NCBI GenBank assembly: GCA_050949565.1
Contig: JBMNFY010000004.1
Location: forward strand, 1 to 64,000
DNA from: Kiritimatiellia bacterium
GTDB lineage: Bacteria > Verrucomicrobiota > Kiritimatiellia > RFP12 > UBA1067
Direction of reading: 5' to 3'
Length of the DNA stretch: 64,000 bases
Shown here piece after piece: positions 29,772 to 37,472 of this stretch (its first letter is position 1; the number at the start of each line of letters is the position of its first letter). Under the pieces are notes generated by a model that saw only the letters and a list, made by a program, of their open reading frames with translations, did no database searches and was not told where the DNA came from. The position numbers and the translations under genes are program-made.

Positions 29772-30254
29772 TCACCTCAATTCGTAGGGCTTGTTGGGGT
29801 CGTAGTTTGACATTAGACATTTCACGGGCTTGTTGGGGTCGTAGTTTGACATTAGACATTTCACAACTACCTTAATACGTACGTGCGCCAAGGCTTTGCC
29901 GGTTTTCAATCGAGCCGCCGTCTTTTCGATCACCTTGGCGACTGCGGGCACACCCAACCCGCCAGCCTGTGCACCGAGTTCCTTCAACGTCAGTCCGCAC
30001 CGCATCCTCCCGATGTACAGCCATTGCAGGGCACGGCTCGCATTCGCGGCAGGTGTCTCGATCAGCAGATGGTAATGGTTATCCATCAGCACGCAGGCGT
30101 GTAGCACGATCCCGTAACGCCCGACCATCTCAGACAGCAACTCCACGAAGTGCTCGCGGTCGCGGTCATCGCGAAAGATCGCCTTCCGCCCCATGCCTCG
30201 GCTGGTGATGTGATACCATCCCCCTGCATAGTGGTGCCTCAGTTGCCTTGTCAT
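29772..30254 (-). pseudogene. Internally deleted HUH/Y1 (REP-associated, RAYT-like) transposase with C-terminal HTH
   Basis: YHITSRG...IFRDDRDR...VLMDNHYHLLIET (HUH) jumps directly to GLTLKELG (HTH); the catalytic-Tyr region is absent. Confidence 0.85.
29787..29864. repeat. 39-bp tandem duplication containing the element end GGGGTCGTAGTTTGACATTAGACATT
   Basis: 29787-29825 equals 29826-29864; inverted copy at 30300-30325. Confidence 0.92.
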
Positions 30255-30334
30255 GGCAACACAACATTACCACACCGCGAAAACGCTCCGCAACTCTCGA
30301 ATGTCTAATGTCAAACTACGACCCCGCTTCTCCC
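30243..30334. repeat. ~90-bp transposase 5' end/promoter/terminal repeat; recurs at 31705-31793 and, degenerate, at 31359-31411
   Basis: TTGCCTTGTCATGGCAA...CACACCGC(G/A)AAAACGCTCCGCAACT..CGAA..TCTAATGTCAAACTACGACCCCGCTTCTCCC shared. Confidence 0.9.
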
Positions 30335-30385
30335 CGATCCCATTCCCCTCTTGATATCGCAGTCGTTGCGTGTTATCTTCTGCCC

Positions 30386-30907
30386 GTGACGAAGCAAGAG
30401 ATAGAGGTCTATTTTGAACGCCTGTCGGAGATCCTAAGCACGCACGGTGTGGTGGGAGAGATTGCCCTTTTCGGTGGAGCCGCGATGGTGTTGGCGTACA
30501 AAGCGCGGGTTAGCACAAAGGACGTGGATGCGATCTTTGAGCCCAAGGATGTGGTTTACAAGGCCGCTGCTGAGGTTTCTCGGGAGTGCGGCGCGGCCGA
30601 AGGCTGGCTGAATGATGCTGTTAAGGGGTTTGTCAGCGAAAAAAGATCGATGCTTCCCCTGCTTGAACTGCCGAATCTGAGAGTGTTCGTGGCGGCTCCC
30701 GAATATCTGCTGGCGATGAAATGCATGAGTATGCGACTGGGTAAAGACGAAACCGATATCCGAGACATCCGGTTCTTAATGAAACATCTTGACTTGCGTA
30801 CAGCCGATGAGGTTTTGCGTATCGTTGAACAGTTCTACCCGCAAAACAGAATCCAGCCTAAAACCCGGTTTGCGGTGGAAGAACTCTGTCAAAACTTGGA
30901 GACCTAA
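30386..30907 (+). CDS. Nucleotidyltransferase-fold protein (DUF6036/AbiEii-like), putative toxin
   Basis: LFGGAAM..RVSTKDVD, WLND, PEYLLAMK, DIRDI. Promoter TTGATA-17-TATCTT (30351-30379) lies just before GTG, implying a leaderless start. Confidence 0.85.
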   Translation: MTKQEIEVYFERLSEILSTHGVVGEIALFGGAAMVLAYKARVSTKDVDAIFEPKDVVYKAAAEVSRECGAAEGWLNDAVKGFVSEKRSMLPLLELPNLRVFVAAPEYLLAMKCMSMRLGKDETDIRDIRFLMKHLDLRTADEVLRIVEQFYPQNRIQPKTRFAVEELCQNLET

Positions 30908-31314
30908 TGAAGCATACCCATTTGACAATCAGAGAGATCAGTCAACGGTGGAATGATGAAATTCGCCAGGGTCTTCCGCTTTCCATGGAGCTTATCGGCG
31001 ATCTGCTGGATGATTTCAGGCAACGTCGGGCGACGCCTGCTGAAAAGATGGAACTGGTTGCTGAGCCGCCGGTTTGGTTTCATACCGAGCAATACGCTGA
31101 CAGCAATGCTTATCTGGCTGCTGTAGCAGAAACCCTCTGCCGCGAAGCGGGACTAGAGCCACCGTCATGGACCGAGGCACCGCTTTGCTACCTAAGCCGC
31201 CCTTGGTTCGCATGCGGTCTGGAAACCCTCAAAGCTATTCTGTTAGTGGAAAGTCCAGTGCCATTCCGTCGTCGCAACCTTTTTGTCTCCGCGAATGCCT
31301 TATCGCGTGTTTAA
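30907..31314 (+). CDS. Putative cognate antitoxin/partner protein
   Basis: Translationally coupled (TAATG); AYLAAVAETLC..GLEPPSW..L..PWF and ESPVPFRRRNLFV motifs. Confidence 0.75.
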   Translation: MKHTHLTIREISQRWNDEIRQGLPLSMELIGDLLDDFRQRRATPAEKMELVAEPPVWFHTEQYADSNAYLAAVAETLCREAGLEPPSWTEAPLCYLSRPWFACGLETLKAILLVESPVPFRRRNLFVSANALSRV

Positions 31315-31484
31315 CGCAAAGGGTCACGCAAGTTAGGGATTGACCCTTTTCGTCCCCCCCACATCGCGAAAACGCTTCACAACCCTTGATTGCCTCATGT
31401 CAAAACACGCCGGACGATACTCCGCCGTTGTATTCTTCGAAGAATTATGCTACAGTCTGTTTACAAGAAGAGAGGAGGGGTGTC

Positions 31485-31544
31485 ATGCCGACCATAAAGC
31501 CAGTTTCCGAACTCAGAAATTACAACAACGTTTTACGTGAAGTG
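31485..31544 (+). pseudogene. N-terminal fragment of a Phd/YefM-family antitoxin
   Basis: MPTIKPVSELRNYNNVLREV after an AGGAGG RBS and a TTGTAT..TACAGT promoter; similarity ends abruptly. Confidence 0.7.
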
Positions 31545-31675
31545 ATGATGTTCGTCCCTTCTGCGGACACACTCTCGAACACATCTTCGACAAGGTCATC
31601 AAACTTCAATTGCTCCGTGGCATTTGCATTGCATACCATGCCGATGATAATTAACAAACTCGCAATATGCTTCAT
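31520..31675 (-). pseudogene. 5' fragment of a secreted protein gene
   Basis: GGAGG RBS and signal peptide MKHIASLLIIIGMVCNANA; runs into the antisense of the Phd fragment. Confidence 0.55.
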
Positions 31676-32263
31676 AGGAATACCTCCATTAAGGTCCAAA
31701 CGGATTGCCTTGTCATGGCAATACCTTATCACACCGCAAAAACGCTCCGCAACTTTCGAACATCTAATGTCAAACTACGACCCCGCTTCTCCCTCCGGGG
31801 AAAAGAACGTAGAATGCCCAACGTCGAACGCAGAACGCAGAAGTGGAGCCGTCTAAATACCTGTCCCTTAGTTGTCCACTTAGTTGCCACAACCTAGACA
31901 TTTTGTCGCAGTCGCCTGTGATTTTTTTTCGCGGCGGTGTGCGCCGGTGCTTCGCGCGGGGAAAAGCAGAGCGGCACTTTTACTCTCAAGATTGCGCGCC
32001 ACTGCGTGGTCGCAATGGGGGAGGTCGACCGGCGACGTTCGACCCGCGACCTGCGGCGATCCCGATCCCGATGGCGATGCCGATTTCGATGTGTCCGCAA
32101 ACTCCTAACTCCTAAATCCTAAACTTTCCTTCGCGCGCGGCGCGCGTTCAACAAAGTTGAATCGCGCCAAGCGCGTTTTAGGCATGGAAAATGCGCGTGT
32201 CATACCTTATACTATAAGGTTTCGTTTTATGGGATCGGAATTTTTTGTGAAAGGATCGCCTTC

Positions 32264-33958
32264 ATGCCGGTTCAGCCGGATGCTTTTGCCGCCCTTGTCC
32301 TGAAGAAAACAGGGCTGTTTACCGACTTGCAGCTTGACCATGTTTTGGCGGCTGACCGTTCGGACGGGACGGGTATTACGGGTGTGGTGGTGCGCCTGGG
32401 GCTGGCGCGTGAGGATGAGTTCCTGCGCAAGATCGGCGAGGTGCTGGGCTTTACCTATACCGAATTGACGCAGACGCGGCCGACGGATGAGGCGCTGACC
32501 AAGCTGCCGGCGCGTGCGGTGTACCAGTACAATGTGTTGCCGCTGACCGTCGATAACGGTGTGCTGACGGTGGTGACCTGTGATCCCTTCGATACCGGCA
32601 TGACGGATGGCCTGCGGCTGGCGGCGGGTTGCCCGGTGCGGGTGACGCTTAGTCCGCGCGAAGAGATCAACAAGGCGGTTCAAAAATATTACGGCGTGGG
32701 TGCCGACGCGATCGAGAAGATGATCGAGGATGGCCGCTATGCGGTGGACGCTGATCTGGCCTCGATCTCCAAGATCGATGTGAATGAGATGGGGGCCGAG
32801 GCCTCGATCGTGCGCTTTGTGAACCAGATCATCGCCGAGGCGGACCGCCAGGGCGCGACCGATATCCACGTCGAGCCGATGGAGGACGAACTGCGGATCC
32901 GTTACCGGATCGACGGCATGTTGCACAAGGTGGATGTGCCGCCGCAACTCAACCGGCTCAAGGCGGCGATCATTTCGCGTATCAAGGTCATGGCGAACTT
33001 GGATATCGCGGAGAAGCGGTTGCCGATGGACGGTCGTATCGGCGTCAGGCTCAACAATGACGACATCGACATCCGTGTCTCTACGATGCCGACGGCCTAC
33101 GGCGAGTCGATCTCGCTGCGTCTGTTGCAGAAGGCGGGCAACTTCGTTAAGCTGAGCGATCTTGGCTTTAATGATTTCGACTACGGCCATGTGGTCAAGT
33201 TGATCAACCGCCCCAATGGGATTTTTCTGGTGACCGGTCCCACCGGGTCGGGTAAGTCGACCTCGCTCTACGCCTTTCTGCACGAGATCAACAAGATGCA
33301 GGTGCGTATTCTGACGGTCGAAGACCCGATCGAGTACGAGATGCCGGGCATCAACCAAGTGTTGGTGCGGCAGGACATCGGGCTGACTTTCGCGCGTGCG
33401 CTGCGCGCCTTCCTGCGTCAGGATCCGGACATCATCATGGTCGGTGAAATTCGTGACGGCGAGACGGCGGAGATTGCGATCAACGCTTCGCTCACGGGCC
33501 ATCTGGTGTTCAGCACACTGCACACCAACGACGCGGCGGGTGCCTTCGCGCGCTTGATCGATATGGGCGCGGAGCCGTTTCTGGTGGCGTCAGCGGTGGC
33601 TGGCGTGATGGCGCAGCGCTTGGTGCGGCGGCTCTGCCTGAAGTGCCGTCGCGAGATTCCGCTGGATACGAAGTGGTATGATCTGTCGTATCCGCCGGCG
33701 AAGCAGACCGTCTGCGTGTCTGATGGGTGTGAGGCATGCACCAAGACCGGATATCGCGGACGTGGTGGACTCTTCGAGTTGCTGGTGGTCACGGAGGATA
33801 TCGAATCGGCGATCATCGGGCGCCAGTCTTCGAGCGAAATCCGCGAAATCGCGCTCACGCACGGCATGAAGACGCTGCGCGAGGACGGCTGGGCCAAGGT
33901 CTTCAGCGGCATGACGTCGGTGGAGGAGATCATCCGCGTGACGGAAGACGTGGCGTGA
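32264..33958 (+). CDS. gspE: Type II secretion ATPase GspE/PilB
   Basis: ATDIHVEP, Walker A GPTGSGKST, TVEDPIEY, LRQDPDIIMVGEIRD, TGHLVFSTLHTND, Zn Cys motif. Confidence 0.95.
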   Translation: MPVQPDAFAALVLKKTGLFTDLQLDHVLAADRSDGTGITGVVVRLGLAREDEFLRKIGEVLGFTYTELTQTRPTDEALTKLPARAVYQYNVLPLTVDNGVLTVVTCDPFDTGMTDGLRLAAGCPVRVTLSPREEINKAVQKYYGVGADAIEKMIEDGRYAVDADLASISKIDVNEMGAEASIVRFVNQIIAEADRQGATDIHVEPMEDELRIRYRIDGMLHKVDVPPQLNRLKAAIISRIKVMANLDIAEKRLPMDGRIGVRLNNDDIDIRVSTMPTAYGESISLRLLQKAGNFVKLSDLGFNDFDYGHVVKLINRPNGIFLVTGPTGSGKSTSLYAFLHEINKMQVRILTVEDPIEYEMPGINQVLVRQDIGLTFARALRAFLRQDPDIIMVGEIRDGETAEIAINASLTGHLVFSTLHTNDAAGAFARLIDMGAEPFLVASAVAGVMAQRLVRRLCLKCRREIPLDTKWYDLSYPPAKQTVCVSDGCEACTKTGYRGRGGLFELLVVTEDIESAIIGRQSSSEIREIALTHGMKTLREDGWAKVFSGMTSVEEIIRVTEDVA

Positions 33959-34045
33959 GGAGTGAGAATTTAGGAGTTAGGATTTAGGAGTTAGGAGTTG
34001 AGATGGGGCGGTTCCCAAAATTCCTAAATCCTAAATCCTAACTGA
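33957..34045. repeat. Heptamer array (TTAGGAG/TTAGGAT)n with an inverted (TCCTAAA)n arm
   Basis: Read directly; same family at 17271-17305, 32100-32125 and 60720-60765. Confidence 0.9.
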
Positions 34046-34059
34046 CAGAGACTGGGTGC

Positions 34060-35307
34060 ATGGCGAATTTTTCTTACAAAGCGTTGACGAAAGACGGCCG
34101 CAAGGTCGAGGGTGTGCTGGAGGCGGCTGACCGCCGCGCCGCGCTGGCGGCGGTTGAAAAGCTGGGGCACACGCCGATTTCTGTGGTCGAGACCCGGAGC
34201 AAGCAGGCCAAGGCCAAGGGCACGCCGTTTTGGAAGCTCAAGATCGGCGGCGGCAAGGTGCGTATGAAGGCCACCGAAGTGCTACTCTTCACGTCGGAGC
34301 TGAGCGACCTGCTGGAGGCCGGCATGACGCTGGGCGCGGCGCTGAACTGTCTTGCCAATCAGGGTGAAGAGGATTCGGCGCAGAGCCAGATCGCCGGCGA
34401 CCTGCGCGACCGCATCATTCGCGGTGAGCAACTTTCGGACGCTGTGACGGCGCACCCCGACACCTTCCCGCCGCTTTACGGCAACATGATCCGGGCCGGC
34501 GAGGCGTCGGGCGCGATGATCGAGGTGCTGCGTCGTCTGGTGGAGCACTACGAGCGCAATGAGAGCATGCGTTCCAAGATCACTTCGGCGATGACCTACC
34601 CGATCGTGGTGTTGATCTTCGGGGTGGTCACGGTGATTTTCGCGATGGTCAAGGTGATCCCGCAGTTCGCCAAGATTTTCGAGGGTATGGGCACCACCCT
34701 GCCGTTGCCGACGCGCATTCTGGTGGGCACGAGCGATTTCGTCGTCAAGTACGGTGTTTTTCTGGCGGTGGCGATCGGCATAGGGGTGGTGATGTTCCGG
34801 CGTTATCTGAAGACCGATACCGGGCGCCTTTGGTGGGACGGCCTCAAGCTGAAAGCGCCGTTGATTAAGGGCATCGTGGCCTGCGGTGCGTATTCGAGTT
34901 TGGCCTATACCATGAAAACCCTGCTCGCCAACGGCGTGAATGTCTTGCAGGCGTTACGGATCGCCGAGGAGACTTGCGGCAATGCATTGATCGCCAGTGC
35001 CCTGCGCACCGCGCGTCAGCGCGTGACGGACGGCACCTCCATTTCCGGACCGCTGGCTACCAGCAAGGTGTTTCCCAAGATGATGACCGACATGTTGGCT
35101 GTCGGCGAGCAATCGGGCGACATGCCCTCGTCGTTGGGGCATATCGGGCGGCGGTACGAGAATGAGATGGACCGTAACATCAAGATTTTCACCAACGCAC
35201 TGGAACCGATCCTGATCGTGCTGATCGGCGGCGTGGTCGGTTTCGTGGCGGTCAGTATCCTGATGGCGGTCTTTAAGGTCACCTCGTCGCTCAGTCCGGC
35301 GGGCTGA
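34060..35307 (+). CDS. gspF: Type II secretion platform protein GspF/PilC
   Basis: MIRAGEASG, AMTYP, LPLPTRIL, VGEQSG, LEPILIV. Confidence 0.95.
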   Translation: MANFSYKALTKDGRKVEGVLEAADRRAALAAVEKLGHTPISVVETRSKQAKAKGTPFWKLKIGGGKVRMKATEVLLFTSELSDLLEAGMTLGAALNCLANQGEEDSAQSQIAGDLRDRIIRGEQLSDAVTAHPDTFPPLYGNMIRAGEASGAMIEVLRRLVEHYERNESMRSKITSAMTYPIVVLIFGVVTVIFAMVKVIPQFAKIFEGMGTTLPLPTRILVGTSDFVVKYGVFLAVAIGIGVVMFRRYLKTDTGRLWWDGLKLKAPLIKGIVACGAYSSLAYTMKTLLANGVNVLQALRIAEETCGNALIASALRTARQRVTDGTSISGPLATSKVFPKMMTDMLAVGEQSGDMPSSLGHIGRRYENEMDRNIKIFTNALEPILIVLIGGVVGFVAVSILMAVFKVTSSLSPAG

Positions 35308-35375
35308 GCGGCATTGAGTGGTGCGGTAGGCATGTTCGACAGAACAAACAAAAGGAGGCACTTTAAAAAAACCTC

Positions 35376-35480
35376 GTAGCATGGGCGTCCCGCCCATGAA
35401 CACGGGCAAGATGCCCGTGCCACACCCCTCGTGGCATGGGCGCCCCCGCCCATGGGACACGGGCAAGATGCCCGTGCCAC
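35376..35480. repeat. Two tandem REP doublets
   Basis: GT(A/G)GCATGGGCG..CCGCCCATG..CACGGGCAAGATGCCCGTGCCAC x2. Confidence 0.88.
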
Positions 35481-35526
35481 ACCTGTGAGCAGGTTTTTGC
35501 GAGAGCCTCAGTAAGGAGAAAGCAAA

Positions 35527-35928
35527 ATGAAGAAAGATAGAGACGAAAAACGCAGGCGGAACCGCAGAAGCGGCTTCACGCTGGTGGAACTGCTGCTGGT
35601 GGTCTGCATTCTCGGCATCCTGGCCGCAGTGGTCATCCCGAATGTGATCGGCCATGACGAGGAGGCGCGGCGTCAGGCGACGCGCACGAGCATCGCGGCG
35701 ATCGAGCAGGCGGTGCAGATCTTTGCGATGCGCCATAACGGCAAATTGCCGGATTCGCTGGAAGAGCTGACCGTCGGGACCGATGATGCGCCGGGACTGC
35801 TGAAAGAGGGTGCGCTCGCAGATTCGTGGGGCACTCCGTTCCAGTACACCAAGACCGGCAAGAAGTTCAAGGTCGTCTCGGCTGGGCCGGACGGCGAGAT
35901 CGGCACCGAGGATGATCTCACGAACTAG
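35527..35928 (+). CDS. gspG: Major pseudopilin GspG
   Basis: G|FTLVELLLVV prepilin motif; DSWGTPFQY and SAGPDGEIGTEDD. Confidence 0.93.
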   Translation: MKKDRDEKRRRNRRSGFTLVELLLVVCILGILAAVVIPNVIGHDEEARRQATRTSIAAIEQAVQIFAMRHNGKLPDSLEELTVGTDDAPGLLKEGALADSWGTPFQYTKTGKKFKVVSAGPDGEIGTEDDLTN

Positions 35929-36640
35929 GCGCCCCGGCGGCTTCACGCTGGTGGAGTTACTGGTGGTCATGGTGATCATCGGCGTGATGGCGCTGGTGAT
36001 CTTGCCGTCGTTCGGGACGGGTTCAGACATCGCGCGGATCAAGACCGCGTCGCGCGGGGTGATGCAGATGACGCGCTACGCGCGCACCATGGCAGTGCTC
36101 TACCAGACGCCGATGGATCTGGTGATCACGTCGAGCGGAGAATTGCGCGTTGAGCGTCGTGGCGGCGCTTCCGGAGGAGCGGGGGCCGCTACGGAAGGTG
36201 AGGATGCGCAGTCCGAGGCGTGGCGGCCGTCGGCCGAGCGCCAAGAGCTGGACGAACTGGCTACCCCGACCGATGGTGGGGAGGCCGCCGCAGGAGAGGG
36301 TGGGGGGAGCGGCTATGTCATGGCCGATCTCAACGCCTCGAAGCGTTACGAGCAGATCAGGTTTGTTGTGGCGCTTGACGAAGAGGCGCTGGAGTCGGAA
36401 GAGGCCGAGTTGCAGATCGAGGTGGAGGCGGACGAGGAGTCAGAAGACGCGGACGAATCCAACTGGGTTGACTCGGACAGGGAGCGGCCCCGGATGGCGC
36501 GGATCCCGTTCGAGACCAATGGGAGGTGTCTGCCGTTTGTTGTCCAGGTGATGGCTGGCGACGAAGATGCCGTGGATAGGATCACGGTGAAGGTCGACCG
36601 CTTCGGGGTGCCGAGGGTGGTCGATGAGGATGAGCGGTAA
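35912..36640 (+). CDS. Minor pseudopilin (GspH-like) with acidic low-complexity inserts
   Basis: G|FTLVELLVVM motif; position in the operon. Confidence 0.85.
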   Translation: MISRTRRPGGFTLVELLVVMVIIGVMALVILPSFGTGSDIARIKTASRGVMQMTRYARTMAVLYQTPMDLVITSSGELRVERRGGASGGAGAATEGEDAQSEAWRPSAERQELDELATPTDGGEAAAGEGGGSGYVMADLNASKRYEQIRFVVALDEEALESEEAELQIEVEADEESEDADESNWVDSDRERPRMARIPFETNGRCLPFVVQVMAGDEDAVDRITVKVDRFGVPRVVDEDER

Positions 36641-37092
36641 TGCGGCGCGACGGATTCACGCTGATTGAGATTTTGCTGGCGACCATGATTCTGGCCGGCG
36701 GGCTATTCAGCCTGATGGTCGGGCTGAGCAATTGTGCCCAGATGATGGTGCTCTCAAAAGAGTATCAGGACGCGCAGTTTGTTTTCAGTCTGGGCGAACG
36801 ATGCTTTCCGATTCCACCGAATGACGAAATCACCGACCCCGAAGAGGACGAGCGGCTGAACATTGATCCGGTCGGCGCGGAAGAGATGATCGACGAACTA
36901 GAGATGGATGTGTCGCGGGAGGTTCGGGAGACTTACAAGGATTTCACTTTCGAGCGGATGGTCGAGGAGAAGGAACTGGCGACCAATGAAGAGGACGATG
37001 GCCTCTATGTGTTGCGCACGCGCATTTCGTGGGGTAGCGGTAAAGAGGGGTACTACGAGGAACTGGTGCGGCTGATCCGCAAAGGGAAGTAG
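36640..37092 (+). CDS. Minor pseudopilin (GspI-like)
   Basis: G|FTLIEILLA motif; TAATG coupling. Confidence 0.85.
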   Translation: MRRDGFTLIEILLATMILAGGLFSLMVGLSNCAQMMVLSKEYQDAQFVFSLGERCFPIPPNDEITDPEEDERLNIDPVGAEEMIDELEMDVSREVRETYKDFTFERMVEEKELATNEEDDGLYVLRTRISWGSGKEGYYEELVRLIRKGK

Positions 37093-37124
37093 ACAACTCA
37101 CCCAATCAAGAATGAGAGAGAAAT

Positions 37125-37472
37125 CGGTTGGTGGCAAGGAGTCATGCTAGTTTAGTGCGTGGTTTGCGTGTGCGCAGTCGGGAGCGCGGGCGTCCCCGCC
37201 CGCAACAGCGTGTCTTGCGGTTTCTGTTTTGTCCGCAGATTTGCGCAGATTGCGCAGATTTTTTCATTTGCCCGCAGGGTGGGAGGGACGAGCGTCTGCT
37301 CGTCCGCGGGCAAGCAGACGCTTGCCCCTCCCGGCGCTCCGCGAGCCCGGATACCGCGCATCGGAATCTCAATCGGCCTTTCACAGAGCGGGCGGGGACG
37401 CCCGCGCTCCCGACTCACTGCTCCCCTTTTCACCAGAAAAGCATGATCTTCGCACATCCCCGTCACCAACCG
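37125..37472. mobile_element. TIR-bounded element with REP-module cargo inside the gsp operon
   Basis: CGGTTGGTGGCAAGG ... CCCCGTCACCAACCG; internal modules shared with the 23.8 and 27.2 kb copies. Confidence 0.78.

Larger units (their letters stand above)
28764..32057. mobile_element. Repeat-bounded island with a RAYT-like transposase remnant and gene cassettes
   Basis: Imperfect ~100-bp inverted repeats at 28764-28875 and 31961-32057; direct repeat CTAAATACCTGTCCCTTAGTTGTC at 29144 and 31853; AT-richer cargo. Confidence 0.7.

Noticed and set aside
29787-31793. CRISPR array from the recurring 26-39-bp repeats
   Set aside because: Copies are adjacent, inverted or separated by whole genes; there are no uniform spacers and no cas genes
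28660-32060. Classical integron
   Set aside because: No IntI tyrosine recombinase and no RYYYAAC..GTTRRRY attC sites between these cassettes
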